Positions 11,607 to 26,524 of a stretch of 64,000 nt of DNA are shown one piece after another. The DNA lies in NCBI GenBank assembly GCA_024137785.1, contig JAHRHZ010000222.1, forward strand, positions 29,788,838-29,852,837, written 5' to 3'. The translations under genes and the position numbers were made by a program. The DNA is from Ginglymostoma cirratum. Taxonomy: Eukaryota. Within the stretch, counting starts at the first letter, position 1. Each line of letters starts with the position of its first letter. Under the pieces are notes generated by a model that had not been told where the DNA came from, made no database searches, and was given only the letters and a program-made list of their open reading frames with translations.

Positions 11607-14600
11607 ATATATCCACACACGCTTTCCAATGAAAGCAACACCTCCTGATTCATGTTTTTATTTTTCTGTAGAGATGTAAGTATGAATATCACAAACACTG
11701 ATCGACATAAAAATAGCTAAATATACAGAGAAGAATGGAATATTCAGAGCTCTAAAAGTTGCATATTTCAATTCTAAACAAAATGCAGTTGCAATTAGCA
11801 GAATGCCAGTCATTTTCACATATGAAGAAGCCCCATTTAACAATACTGATAATCTGTTATTATCAGGTTATTCCACAATGTTGGAGGATATCTATTCTGA
11901 ATAAACAACAGGGGACTGGATACACAATAATACCTTTTACAGCTCAAGGGATCTTGCAGTAGCATTAAGTGAGCTAGTGCCAATGGCATCAACATTCTGA
12001 GAGGTTGGGAATATATATATTCCAAATCTTGTGTTAATTAATGCAGACTCCAAACACTTCAATTGAATATCAGAAGAAATAAATGATGGGATTTCCATTA
12101 AACTTCCAAAAAAATTCATGGTGGTTGAGCAGAAGCAGCTCCAAGAATTTTCCTGGGCCTTGTTTAAATACATATTTAATTGTCAGTTCTCATTTTTACT
12201 GTTGCACAATCTCCGAGTACATTTGCACAATCTGAAGTGTTCAGTAAGTAATAATTAAGCATTCTGTTGGACAGCAGTGCTTAATATAGGATATATTGCA
12301 ATACCAAATGTAACCACAGATTGAGAACACAATACACATCTAATTATCCAAACTGTTCAGAAGCAGCCTCTCACTCTGCTTGGATAAATTAAGAGTTCAG
12401 AGAACTATAGATCGGTTATCATAGAGTTAAATAATGCCAGCAACATCAGTGAGGTTCATAAAATCCAGAGATTCCGAAGAACAAGAAGAATTGGCTACAG
12501 AGGAATGCTCATTCTGATTGCACTATACTTTGCTGAACACTTATGCATTAGTCAATATGAATGCTGACTTTTGTGTCCTTGGGGAGATATGGAGGTATGG
12601 ATAATTTTGTTTAACTAAAAATGCTGGTAATGTTCTCTCTCCTGGGACTTTGATTCAGGTTATGTCCCCAGCCATTTGCTTGACCCTGAAGAAAGGGGCA
12701 TTTGCGGCTAAAATGACATTTAAACTATTAAGTGTGATTACCCTCTCATTGTCACAAGCTAGAAGCTCAATACATTTGCAGACGGGGTCATTGTACAGAA
12801 GCAATATCACTTGAAGAAAGTGATACTTCACTGCCCTGAATTACAATTAATGGGGCAGGGAGGAGAGGTGGGTAAGCACTGAGTGATTAGTAGCTTGTCA
12901 GTTGTGTATTCAGCATATACAATGTTGTGTCCTTTTTTCTTGTACGCTTTATAGGGTATATGTGGAGTTGGAACAGGCACTGATTTATTATACACAATCT
13001 TTAAATGTCTAGTATTCTGCCTGGCTGCGGCAGTGCAGGTCAGAATGGTTGTCTTCTTGGGTTATATTTTGAACATTCTACCAGAGGGAAGCATTTTTAG
13101 TATTTGCAAATCTAACAATTTAGTAGAATATATTTGTCTGTCGTAGTTACATATTAGCCATTCATTTTTCTAAATTATATTCCAGCTTTAAGTTATATCT
13201 TAAATTTGAAACCATGTTCATCTCAGAATTTTAAGATTTTTTTCCCCCAATAGCTAGTTGCTGTTGGCTCAAATTTTACAGCAAACAGGATAAACGCTTT
13301 TCAATAGTTCATAGCACAGCCATGTTAAGTCACATTAAACTATATGTCATCTATAACATTGTACTCGGAGGCAGAGATCTCCAGCTAGTCCTTTGCTATT
13401 TTAAGATTACACAGTATTGTTGCAATTAAGTGGCCTTAATGTTAAAGCCTGAAGATTTTGACAGAAGCATACAGTGTGTAGAGTACACACTTTAAATCTG
13501 TGGGTAAGTACTGAATGCAGAAGCGGAAGGTGTATCAGGAAGCACAGCAAAATTGTCAGCTTTTCTGAAGGTACAGTCGCCTTGGTTACGCCTCAGTGGC
13601 CATGAAACCGAGTCTGCAAAAGCTGAAGAACTCAGCTCCTGAAAGCCTCATCAGGACTTGTCATCGCTCTAATGAATATCATTTAAATTGCTTTGTATAT
13701 TGGAGGAGTTTGGATGTCGATTTAATTTGCGCATGTGTTTGAGTTCTTCTGCTTGGCTAGGCTAACAGAGAGTAACAGTCTAATGAAAAGTGAGTTGGTG
13801 ACAGTGTGATGAGCTAGATCCCAATCAGACTTGTTTGAAGGGTTATTTTGACAGAGTATAGAAGTCAAGAAAGTGGATTTAAAACAGAATGCATCGATTT
13901 CTTGTGTTTTGCCCATTTTTTTGTCTGTTAATTATTATTCCCTTACCTGTGGAAGTGAAGCCTGTTTTATTTTTCATAATTTTCAAGTTTTCACAACATC
14001 AACCTAATTTTATGACTGTGAGAATTGTTTTAGGGTACTAAAATCAAACATTGTTTATGAAAGTAATGATGTCTGTTTTCTAAATTCTCCACTCACAGCA
14101 ACACATGGTTTGAATTCTTTGATTTTAATGTTATCAGAAATGTTTTGTGCTAATATGGTCCTTTGCTAGTTAAGTTTGCAGCAGAATTGTTTAAAAAATG
14201 ATTCATTAACTGTATATTGGTATTGAATAGATGTATACAGGCAGACTCGTGGATATAAAAACAATTCAAAATGCATACCACAGCTGCAGTGTCATTCTCT
14301 TATTCACAAACCTTTTTCATTTGTGCATGTGTACCTTTACATTTTTAAACACAAAAATATTGTAAGTTGGCTTATATGTAAGAACATAGTTATGCTTTCT
14401 GTTTGTTTTAAAATCTGTCTTCAGTGTGATGTCTTCCTGAAAGTCATTATAGATAGCTCGCAGTGCATCATGACAGAAAGCTGCATAGTGTTAATTGGAC
14501 ATGAGATGATAGAATGGGAACATTTGAAGTGTAAGGGTGATTAGCTCATATTTTGTGCTATCTCGATATGAATTGCTAAAATTAAAAGTTGAAGAAAGAA

Positions 14601-16529
14601 TAAAAACTTGCTTTTTAATGATCGGAAATTGAAAGGAACTCTCAATCCAGAAATCCAAAAAAAAAATCATTGAACTGAATTTTGTTTTTTTTTTTGCAGG
14701 AGTCATTTCTAGCACTTGGAAGGTACTCTGCTGCCATAAGCAAGAACCAATGTCTTTACAGTATTTAGCTTTCAAAATAAAATAAATGCACATTCTGGCC
14801 TTGGCTTTTAATTTCTGTTCTAAGTACAGTTCGTGTTCTACAGACCTGCAAATTTTTTTTAAAGATACTTCAAAAACCTGTCAGGTGAATGGTTAGGCAA
14901 AGATCAAATTTGTTTTAATGTTACAATGATGCTAAGGTTGATTATTTGTATCGTGATGACTTGATTGTCACTCACTTCTAAATTAAGAAGCTTTCATTTT
15001 CTGATTTTAACTGTGTCAAATGGAAGACAAGACATGTCAAATTTGGCAGATAAACTTCTTTGCAATTTATTGTATTAAAAAGCATTTGTTTCAGTAAAGT
15101 ACATTCTTGTATAAATTGGAAACATGCTTTGTTGACAACACTTAAAGACCCTTGGTACTTTACAGCTTAACAGCATATATCATATTGCTTTGTGTTTGGC
15201 AGATATACCGTTTTACCTCTATTTAAATTGTTATGTTGCAATAAGCAGGTTAAAATGGACTAGCTAAAAAGATTTTTCAGAAGTAGCAAAGCTACGGTTG
15301 TCTGAGACTGATCCAATCACATTTTGATTGGCTGGAGAATTGCTGTGAGCTTAACTAACTTGCAGGTTGAAATGGAAGACAGTCTCTCAGTGCGTAATTA
15401 AATGATAAGTTCATATTCATGGGACAATGGTAAGTTACTGAGACTGTCATAGACAACGCCAAAAATAGTCAGTCTCATGATGAATACCCTTATTAACAGC
15501 TACACTGCTCTCTGTTCATTGAATCTGGCCTGGGAATACTATGAGATGAAGCCCTGTTTGTAGAGTGTGTCCCTGAAGATCATTTAAAAAGAATCTTGGG
15601 AAAGACAAGGTAGAATCTGATCCCCAATCAAAACATACTTCTTTACAGAATTTGATATATCTAATATTATAAATCATATTTTCCAGACATTAATTGAATA
15701 AATTTCAGCTAAAAAACGCAATAATATCTACAGAAGCATAATTTTTATATAGCAAAACTTAATTGATGGTAAACTATAAAAATTATGTCTTAACCACATG
15801 ATTGACGATTCTATGAGTTTCGTGAATTACTATTAAAATAAGTAGGATATGCTATAGTTCCTTTTAAGAGTTATTTTAAAACATTCATTATTATTTCAAC
15901 TATTCTGCAGCTGGACTTTCAATGTTACAATTTCCAACAACTTCAATCACACATTTAAAAAAATGGAACAATGACCTGCTGGTGAATATGGTAAGACTTA
16001 CATCTTGTCGGGAATAAATAGTAACCATCACTTTAAAATGGTCAAAGAAAGATATCTTAACTCCTTTGCTGCCAAAGATGCCATTTGACATTGGTGCCAC
16101 AGTATTCCCTGATGTTAGGAACACATCAAATTATGTCAGGTGTGCAGACTGGGTATAGACAGCAATAAAGTGACAACCCAATGAGAATCTGTGACATATG
16201 ACCAGCTACAAGACTAACAGTGCTAGTTTCTCTTGCGTATTTGCATACTCTGCATGTACCTGCATCCCTGAAATTCCTGATCTGTGTGCAAGGAAAGCAG
16301 CCCTGTTCTCTATATGCATTTTGTACTGGATTGTTATTGGGATATGATGGCACATGCAAAAGAATTCTCATCAGCAAAATCAAATGATGCTAGTTTTACA
16401 AGATCAAACTTTATTTTATTTGGCTACTTGTTTATCTAACATGGCCAATGAAGCACTACAACGAGCAAACCAACCTCATGATTCCTTAACTATAATTATA
16501 TAAAAGGAAGAAATTAAATGATTTTAATG

Positions 16530-16799
16530 TAATGAATCTCTACAGTGTGGAAGTAAGCTATTCAACCCATCGAGTCCACACCAACCCTCCAAAGAGCATT
16601 CCACCCAGACTCTCACCATCTCTGTAACCCTGCATTTCTCATGGCTAATCCACCTAACCTGCACATCTTTTGACTGTGGGAGGAAACCCACATAGATACA
16701 GGGAGAATGTGCAAACTCCACACAGACAGTCACCCAAGTCTGGTATGAAACCCGGTTCCCTGGTACTGTAAGGCAGCAGGTGCTAACCAATGTGCCACC
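16530..16799 (-). mobile_element. HE1-like (V-SINE) tRNA-derived SINE of elasmobranchs
   Basis: The reverse complement reads GGTGGCACATTGGTTAGCAC (A box)...GGTTTCATACC (B box)...TGTCTGTGTGGAGTTTGCACATTCTCCC...GGTTTCCTCCCACAGTCAAAAGATGTGCAGGTTAGGTGGATT, then a CR1-like tail. Confidence 0.85.
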
Positions 16800-18123
16800 T
16801 AAAGGTGGAATAAAGTAGTAAAAAGATTTGTTTTAAATTTTGTACATGATGTATCTAATTAAAAGGTAGCTCACCATCTATTTGCAAACTTTCCCAAATT
16901 AAAGCAATAGTTTTGTAACCATTAACAAAGCCTGTACAACATCTGTTAGTAATTCATAGAGACTGAATATTAATTCCAAAAGTTACAAATAAAACAGGGG
17001 GTATGATTTGTAAATATAATGTGTACCAATCACTGAACCTCTAGTGAGGTGGTGGAAGTGGAGGGTGGTGAAGCTAAAATCAAGGTAGTCAACTTATTAC
17101 TTTATTTCTATTTTACCCTAATTACCTGAAGCCTTCTACTGGGTGATCCCAGTGTCTGCCTGAACAAGATGGGAATCTATGCAAATCAATGGTCCTATGA
17201 CATGTAGAATCTTGAAGCTATTTGTATGGCCTGCAGAAAAGGGTACGTACACCATTAAAGCTTTTTGAGAGTTCAGAGCACCATAAGGGCTACTGAAAGA
17301 GACTAAATGGCCTAGAAAAAAAATGAGCATAGAAGTATATTTTACAGAGCCAAAGTAACAGGAGTGCTTCTGGCTGCCACAAAAATAACATAGGCCACTG
17401 AAAATGTGTTCCTGTATTCAGTATGACTATGCCGGTTGGATATATCTGTTTGTGGCCTGGTCTCTGGGCTGCCTGACATTGCACCAGTTAACTAGATTGG
17501 GACACCAGTTGAGCACATGCAGCTCACCACTATAAGTTAAAACAAAAGCTGTCTCTCGAAGTGAACCGAGACCCCCACTGAAGCATTGGCAGACTACCAA
17601 CATGCTTCATTAGCAGATGTTTGATCCCTCCTTTTGTGTCTTTGTGTACACTAGATATCCACTGATATCAAAGTTCTTAATTACAACTGAAATATTTTTC
17701 ATCATACAAATTATGACTACTTTGGGATATCAGACTAATAAATTGTGCATCATATGCAAAGTGCAATTTTTCTATAATTGAGTCCCATTGCTTTACCTTA
17801 TTAGATTTCCCACTGCATTGGTGTGATACATCTTTTAACAGGTTTATCATCTTAAGGAGAAAGTGTCTGATTAATGCTAGTTTTAGGGCAGTTGATGGAT
17901 CTTGTGCAAACCCCAACTTGCCTACTTTTGAATACAACTCATTTGGAATTTTGGCTCTGGAATGTGATATATTTCTGTATTGTAGTTGCCTTTTTATTGC
18001 TGTATTATTGTAACTCAGTACAAAAAGGCCACAACTTGCACTCAGCAGGTCCAACTGTCTCCTTGCAAGATTCACTGTGATAACATAATATTTACTTAAC
18101 TTGGTAATTTTAAATTTAGACAT

Positions 18124-18340
18124 GGGGATCATTTAACCCAGTTGGACGGATGACTGAATTGCAGTGCAGTGTGATGCCACAGCATGGGTTCAATTTCCAC
18201 GCTGGCTAAGGTTACCACCTTCTCAAACTCTCCCCTTATCTGAGGTGTGGTGACCCTCAGGTTAAACCATGATCAGTCATCTCTCCCTAATGAGAGAGCA
18301 GTGCTATGGTCCACAAGGACTATAGCTACTTTATCTATAC
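18124..18340 (+). mobile_element. tRNA-derived SINE (second family)
   Basis: Degenerate A box taacccagttgg, B box gggttcaatttcc, body TGAGGTGTGGTGACCCTCAGGTTAAACC, tail gactatagctactttat. Confidence 0.65.
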
Positions 18341-19506
18341 CTGATTTTAAATAATTCAAGCTCCATCCTTTAAGATTACTTAACACCACTCAACATTGAT
18401 GATGACATTGCTATGTCATACATAAAATCTTTCAACGTCGTTCCCTTGAAAATTGCAAGGTTGCGAATTAGAAATGGATGTTTTTACATATACTAGTTAA
18501 CAGCCCATTCCCTCCCCATAAAAGTGGTTCAATTTTAATTTTTTTTTCCCCAGGTTTGTTGATCAAAATCATATTATAATGTTGCAGTAAAGTAAATATT
18601 TTTCAGTTATTAGAGAACAATATTTTCAGAAGCCATACTAATTCCAAAAAGCTGTTGGGTATTCGGTATTCTAATGGCGCAATTTAAAGTTCAAATTTTT
18701 AATCTGATATGCTCTAATATTTCAGCATCAGATCCAGTTACAAACTAGTTAATGTGTTTCAGATCTTTGGATAATTAACAGTCATGCGACAGTGTAAAAC
18801 TGAACTATTAAAAGATACCATCTCCTCAAGGTCACACCTGTCTTTACTGACAAATTGAAACCAACTTACAATGCAAATATTTTAAAGAGAAACATTGTTT
18901 ATGACAACAATTGCTATACTGCAACGATTACACAATTATTAACTCGCCCTTCCATAATGCAATTGGTTATTTAGCTGCAGATGTGTTATTTATTATTTTA
19001 TTTATCTCTAGCTGTAATTAGATCGCTACAATATAGATTAAACAGAAGACACTCAATAAGAAGTAGAAGTAACACAAGTTTTCTTCCTGAAAAAGAAAAT
19101 AAAAGCGTGGTTTTCAGTTTAGGCAGATTAATTTTCCTTGGTGAAGGTAAACCAAGCTGGGTCAAAAAAAATACAGATGGTCAGAATAATAATTCAAATA
19201 AATTTGTTTTACATATATTCACCGTTCATTATAGAGTATCATAAATCATTATTTACTCAGACGATATGTATGGCCTCTGTTGCATTACTTTCTGCATGAT
19301 TTGATCCAGGTCAGAAATCGTGGAAAATAACCTTTAATATGTTCTAAATGACCAGTTTGTAAAATTCAAATTGCAAGGACACACATGGTAAAACTAAGAA
19401 TATTTTTGTAAGTGCAGTAATGTGGAAAAGCATTTCACGAACTAAATTCGAAACGTGATTGTGCAACAAACCTGTTAGCTTAGTCAGGGATACAGACACT
19501 GCTCCA

Positions 19507-19531
19507 CAGCAGCAGCAGCAGCAGCAGCAAC
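19507..19531. repeat. (CAG)n microsatellite
   Basis: cagcagcagcagcagcagcagcaac. Confidence 0.9.
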
Positions 19532-20799
19532 AGTTAGTCTGCACAAATAAGCATGTTGCACAATAAATACCAGTCATTGCTTTAATTAGGAATTCAATTG
19601 CAGTTGGAAACCACTTGCCTCCAGTGAGATTATACCATTTAACATTTCTATTAACATTTTTAATCGCTCTTCTTCGTTTTAATTTACCCTGCTGTGTTTT
19701 CATCAACACATGTAAAACCTCTTGTTTTCTCTTTTTAAAACATTAGTAATATGGAAAAATTGTGTTTGCGGCTTTTTTATTTATAAAAAAATGTCATTTA
19801 CTGAGGTGTTCATTAGACTTGCATTTCACATGTTTTCATGATGCGATGCCATTAAATGAAAAATATAACTCTCACTTTTTAACAGGAGAGAAAATAATTT
19901 CAGACTAGTCATTCAACCTTAGTTGGATTCATACAGATCAGGCAGCTACTAAGAATTTAGGGTTACGATAAAGCTAGGTGTCTGCTTCAGAGTGTCAGAT
20001 AACATAACAATGGTTACAAAAGGGAATGAAATTTTTGTTATTGCTCATAATAGCAAAGACAAAGGCAGAGCAATTCACAAGATTAATCATGATAGTAATT
20101 TTGGCCCTTTATTCTGTAGGATTCTTTTGCTCAGAGGCTGAGTTTGCTGAAATTATAGAATTCCAACACACTGCTCATGTTAGAAAACTAAGCATTGCTT
20201 CATTTATAACTTTTGACAAATTTGTTTGTGATTTAGCCATTGCAAAGTCCTGAATTCCAGTTTGGTTCATTATCTTGTCTTGGATGCAGTAAGATTTGGA
20301 TTTGAGTTATAAGTCGATGTATAAACTGCACACCCCTTTCTGTTCTTAGTATTTTAAAAAAAGACTATTGTCCATAACCAAACCTGATGTCCCACAATTG
20401 ACTCGCTCATGTGTGCAGATGCTATAAGATAGTAAGAGAGTTCAGAGTTGGTTGGGATCATTTTCCCTTTTACTTATCAATCACAAAACCAGACTCAACA
20501 ATAAAATAACTCTGAAATAAAATCCCATCTGCTGTTTGTTAAAAGGAATTCTTCCTGATGGCCTTGAAGAAAAATGTAACACAGGTCAAACTGTTTTCTA
20601 GTCTTACGTAGGTCACGAGAAATGGCTGCAATGCTAGTGAAGGCAGAGATTTGTGTTTTTAAATTAGTACTTGCTTGTAGAACTTAACACCAGCAAAAGA
20701 AATTTCTAGTATTTATGGTCCTTCTAGAAAGCAACAAATTTAATAAATATATGGGACGATGGCTAAGCACAAAATTGGATGGAAAATTGTCTTTGAACA

Positions 20800-21155
20800 G
20801 CACAGAGCTTGCTGGAAATGACACGTTGTTGAACCTTCTTTTTGCAAACCCATCAGGACAGAATCACAAGAATACCAAATCTGAAAGAGAATAATAATTT
20901 ATACTGCATGACAATAAGGTTGCTGTTTTGTTGATAAGTGAATTATGATTGCTAGAGGTGATGCCATGGATAATTGCATGTTCTTATTATTTCGCAAGCA
21001 CAGAATCACATCTAATATTGAACACTGCATGTCCTGCATTGTGCAAGTAGAGTCTGATTGATTATAGTCGGACATGATGTAGCAGCCAAAGGGATGTCCT
21101 GATTCAAATGATCTGCCAGTCGTTGGGGTGGAAGACCCATATCTCACATTGCTAA
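20800..21155 (-). mobile_element. Highly degraded Penelope-like element 3' fragment
   Basis: The minus strand near 21090-21155 reads ...PQRLADHLNQDIP, resembling the GIY-YIG C-terminal motif (G.T..RL..R...H). It ends in a decayed CTGATGgGT..TGCAA..aGAAgGTTC hammerhead-like motif at 20825-20858. Confidence 0.45.
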
Positions 21156-24100
21156 GAATGACAGTAAAAAAACAGTTTATGATATCAGTTAGATTCACCA
21201 TTTGGTTCACTATTATATGTTGGAAGCTGCACGTAGGGGCCCCTCCTTTGCAAGCAGAAAGTTTGTATCCACACATTGTACCTTTTTTCAACCAAACAGT
21301 AATTTGGAGGAGAACTATTTGCTGACCCATTCCAGATGGCAAAGTCAGAGTTACTAGTCACCAGTTGGAGCTACCTTGCTGATTTGAATTGAAATGAAAA
21401 TGGTTCCCTGAAGCATTCTCCACGTCAACACCATTGACAAGGGGACCGTGATTTGTAATCAATCTGCAGCCTGTTCTCATGAAGTTACAATTATTGCTTC
21501 ACTTGAGATTCGATATTCTTTTGATTCTGTGCTGATGATTATGGGACAAAAAGCTTCAATAGCAAGGATAGAATTTCTTACTCTCTGGTGTGGTGTGGCA
21601 AATGTGAGAAAGTTCAGAAAGTATGATGACATTGACATGCAGAAAATAATGTTTTGTAATTTTCTCCATAACTTTTAAATAGTGGCTTCAGAATCTTACT
21701 ATTGAGTGGATACTACCTTGCTTCCATGCATTTGCATTTCATTATTAATCAAACTTGCCTTATTTCTATACCACATCCAATTCTCCTCTCCTTTCCTCCG
21801 AAACTAGAGGCCCAACTTTATGACGTGAAATTTTGAATGGGTTCCAGGCAGCTGCAGGTCATTGAATGTTGTATCAGCTAACCAATCGACTGTGCAGACA
21901 GCACATTCTCCCTTGTTGCTTCATGGCTGCCCTCCTACTCAAACTATCATTCACACAATCGGATTTACAAATGACAGGCCGATGCAATCAAACAAACTCT
22001 CATACCACTTTAGCCATTTCACACTTGACTTCAGAGCTCAGGGATTCCTATGACTTGCATGTTTCTGCCAGGTTACTTTTGCATGCAGGAACTCACATGC
22101 GTCTTCTCAGGATGCAGATGCTAACAAGGGCATGGAAATTTGTGTAGGCATCTTATGGCTCTTAGCTTGCTTAGCACTCACTCACATTGTGCTTACTTGC
22201 ACGTTGCCAGAGGCTTGCATAGCTTTTTAGCACTCAGGATCTTCAGTGTTAAGTCACAGGCTGCGAGCCTCTGTCTCTTCGCATAGCCTTTTTGGTGCAG
22301 ATGGTGAGGCAGGCAGTGTGTCACTGTGCAGAGCATTGTATAGTCAAAAGGGTTACATATCAATGTATGTTATATCTACATCAGACCTGTACCATGTACC
22401 AGCAGTTTATGTGGCAAATACACTGCAAGTGTTTCAGAAAAATGGCTACATCATAAAGTCAAAGGTGGACCAGCCCTCACTGTTGAGGGATCAATGGTCC
22501 AAGACCACAAGACTGAACAATACATCATTAAGCATGAGGCGCTAGAGGGGGCCTAACTGAGACCACTTTCAGGATAAATGAGTTGGGTTTGATACTCTTT
22601 TATTTGTTTCAGATTCTGTTGGTAATATGACAAGCAGCAGCTGCCTCATGCAATGGATATATGGACCTTGTTACTTCTGCTGTCCTTGACTTTTTCTGTT
22701 GTTGTATAAAAGTCCAGTTGTGCATCTTACTGCATTCTTGATAACTTCAGGTGATGCCACTTTAAAGTAGATACACATTATATGTCTCATTGACCTTTAC
22801 GGAAAAAGTAACAGTCAGTGAGAGGGTGAACTGATATCACATATGCTTAAGGTTAGGTAGCTCTTAAAGCTGCCATCAGGATATCGTACCTGACTGTTGT
22901 GCAGTGAAGGGTCTCATGATAGGCAGCAGGTTGGGAGGAATCCTGAAGAATCCTCATTAGATGTTTCCTTCATTGATAATTGTTCAATATTTCAGAATGC
23001 AAGTAGACTGAAAAGGACCCCTGAAATATTTGTATGGGACAGCATTGAGCCTGTGAGCAGCAGCACTTTGTGCAGTTTTTCTTGACAGTCCAGAGTGCTG
23101 CAAGGGTGTATGGTCACATGCACTCTCTGTTGCACATCTTCCAGCCTGGAATGACAGTATGTTTCCTAGAAAAGCTGATATATCAAATGAATCTTTCCAT
23201 GCAGAAATTTACGGAATCATCATTAGTACCATACTCTCACTAATAAGATGTGTGGAATGAGATGTGTAGGCCGCGCCTGTGTATTGCACTGAGCCTCACT
23301 GTTGACTACAACAAAGTGCCACGTGCCTTGGCTACAGTCCTGGATTCTGTGGCTCAAAAATCCATGATATCTGAGAGTATCTGCAGTCAGTGAGCTGGTT
23401 GCTTATAAGAGATGTGCAAGTCTTGGCCATTAGCCTCTTCCATCCTTGGAATATCTGAGGACGCTGCTCATCTCTCACAAGGATGTGACTTAACCAGATT
23501 TGACAGCAAAAATGATACTAAAGCAGATATTTTAAGAGTACAAGTGCATATATATTTATAAAAATGCAAGGTTATTTATAATTATGTGCCACGTGTTACC
23601 TAAGTAACAGTGATAACTTTCAGTACATTTTTCTCTTTCCTTCCCTCCCATCACATCTAAGTGCAGTCTTGCCTTCTACAGCTGAGGTGGATGGAGCCTG
23701 CTCTGTAGTTGGCCCTGTTGGCTTAAGAGACCTGGGCAGTTGTTCCTGTGTTGTTTGTCAATCATATAGCATCCTTGCAGGACTGTACTGAGGAGTCAGC
23801 CTAAATGAAGTGTTCAAACCTCTAGAGCAGGGCCTAAACTTAAAAACATCTTATGCCAAAAATTAACCATAAAAGATTAAAAGGTTTCTACCAAAAGGGA
23901 AAAAGAGCACTTGGAATTGTGATCAATTCTAGGAAAGCTGCCATAAATGAGGAAGTGCATCTGTAACTTTGAACTACATATTCTGCTGGAAGATTTAAAT
24001 AAAACATTGTGAAAACATTGAAGTTTTCTTGATTAGAATTCATGTATTGGATTGGTTAACCAACAGGTAAATCTCTGCTTTCTATCACACTCATAATATG

Positions 24101-26524
24101 TGATCATTTTGGACAACAGAAAAATATTCATAAATCTGGCCTTGTTTTAGTTTGGTCCAGAGGGAAAAACCAGTAAAACTGGACCACTGAAGGACCAATA
24201 TACAATGGCAGTTGGGACCAGGAAATAATATGTCATGGCATCAGTCATACTGGTAATTGTACCAGCCATAATGATCAGGGTGCCTGTCGCGATGCAGCAT
24301 GCTGGCAATACACATTATGGCACCAGTCTGTGTGCAGTAAGTGTTACTGTCTATCGGGCGATATGCAGGTGCTACCCAGATGGGTTCTCTGTGCTTTCTC
24401 AGGGTCTAATGAATTAATATAAAACTCTATGGGCGAGAGTTTGTCCTGCTGAGGATGTGCGTGGCAACAAAAATTGCAGCATTTACTTAAGAAATGAAAC
24501 AGATCATTGAGAATGGGATTGGAAGTGCACAGCCAATATAAAAACAGTCAAATTTAATAATACCAAAAGGAACTACAACATTCCCACCTCCAAATACATG
24601 TCTTGAAGCTCGTCTTTTCTCTGTTATTTGAGATATAACCATGGACCTGGGCTTGCTCCTTGCGGATCGCCTCCACAGGTCATCCCATTGGAGCATAGCT
24701 GACAGACAAAGGAAGCTGTAGGTGAGGCAAACATAAGGGGGGAAGAAAAAAATTAACTGTTGTGAAAACAACAAAGTTGACAGTGTGACATTAAAAGCTG
24801 AACTGTTGGTCAAAGATGGTGTAGAAATGTTGGTAAGTGCACAATTAAAATATCTCATTGTTTGCAACTGTGTTCATCCACCACTGGTACTCATCTTTAT
24901 CTTACAGCAACGTTGTGCCTCCATCTCATAATCATCCTTAACAAATACTGTCCATCTATTGATCAAGCACATGCCATTACTCTCAGTCACAGACCTCTTT
25001 TTTCCCTCACTGCAGGAGAAGGGAGCACAGAATGCCAAGAAGAGGGAAAAAGAGCAAACATGACCTTCCAGCCATCGCACAAATATCATGTATGGAGCTG
25101 GAATACAAATGGCATCAGCCGACGCTCAGTATCTCTGGCTGTCAAATTTGGAAGAGGTTCTCTCAGCTACCTGGTTGACAGGATTAAATATCATAGGTTA
25201 CGGTATACAACATTCACTCATGTTAACTTGAGATCAACATCAGTGAAATGTAAGCATGTGGATAATGATATCTTCCATCATTCATACCTTGACAATACCA
25301 AGTCACTGTCTTTTATTTTCCATAGGGCCATCATGCATCCAGAAAGAGAAGGATGTTATCATTGATGATCTTCCTTAGAGGAGCTCATTCCTTCTGGATG
25401 TTCATTACAGGACTCATCCAAACCTTGCACCAGCTCAGATACACACAATTCTGTGGGTCAGCTAAGTGACATCACTGGGTTCCCACATTGTGAAGAGCAC
25501 TCCACAAATGAACAAGAGCAGATGGTAGAGTCAGGGACAGCAGTGAAGGGTTCATGTTGAAAGGTGTTGATGTCTCCAAGCTCAATCCAGTGGACACAGA
25601 TGCTATATTCAGAGCATCAGTAAAAAGGATAACTATTGATTGCTTGCACATTTGTAGGTCTACTTTGCCTTAATGATGTTGAATCAGGGAGGGGTCAAAA
25701 TCAGATTTAGTTTCTGTAAGGGTACACCAGCAGAACCCAGTGAAACTCACATTAATTAGGGTGTTTCAGATAGCAATGTGCACTACTGCTCGTGCATTGC
25801 CTTTGGCACATGTCGCCACTCCCTTCTTCTCTTCCTCCTTCTTCTCCATTTCCCTTGAGGTAGCTTGGAGTTCTGCACTTTGGTCCGCTTGGAGTTCTAG
25901 ACCTCATTGCAGGGCAATATTGTGTAAAATGCAGCAGACCACAGTTATTTTGGACCTCTTGCTTGGTGCAGATGGAAGACCATCTCCAGATCTTTCCAGG
26001 GACGTGAAGCACTTCTCAACATCTCGTGGCCACCTAATATTTATCACAGTCTTGCTGGATCTAGGTTTCTAAGAGTGAAAAATTACACAAAAAGCAGGAC
26101 ACATCCAACACGGCCAATTACCATTGCAGCAGCCTGATCTCAATTATCAGTAAAGTGATGGAAGATGTCATCAACAGTGCTATCAGGCAGCACCTGCTTA
26201 GCAATCACTTGCTCAGTGAGGCCCAGTTTGGGCTCCGCCAGGGCCACTCAGCTCCTGACCTCATTACAGCCTTGGTTCAAATATGGACAAAAGAGCTAAA
26301 TTTCAAAGGTGAGGTGAAAATGATGGCCCTTGACACCAAGGCCACATTAGACTGAGTGTGGCATCAATGACCCCATGCAAAATTGGAATCAATGGATATA
26401 AAGGGGCAAACTCTCCGCTTTTTGGAGTCATACCTGGCACGTCAGAAAATGGTTATGGTTGTTGGAAATCAGTCATCTCAGCTCCAGGACATCTCTGCAG
26501 GAGTTCCTCAGAGTTGTGTCCTTG

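Noticed and set aside
17677-18132. 151-aa minus-strand ORF
   Set aside because: No recognisable domain or splice context; compatible with chance
19344-19709. ORF with a poly-Cys run
   Set aside because: Produced by the (CAG)n microsatellite; no other coding signal
21800-26080. Possible Harbinger-type DNA transposon debris, including the 167-aa ORF 24862-25365 (similar texture at 48290-48960)
   Set aside because: Resemblance is impressionistic; I could not verify terminal inverted repeats or a DDE motif
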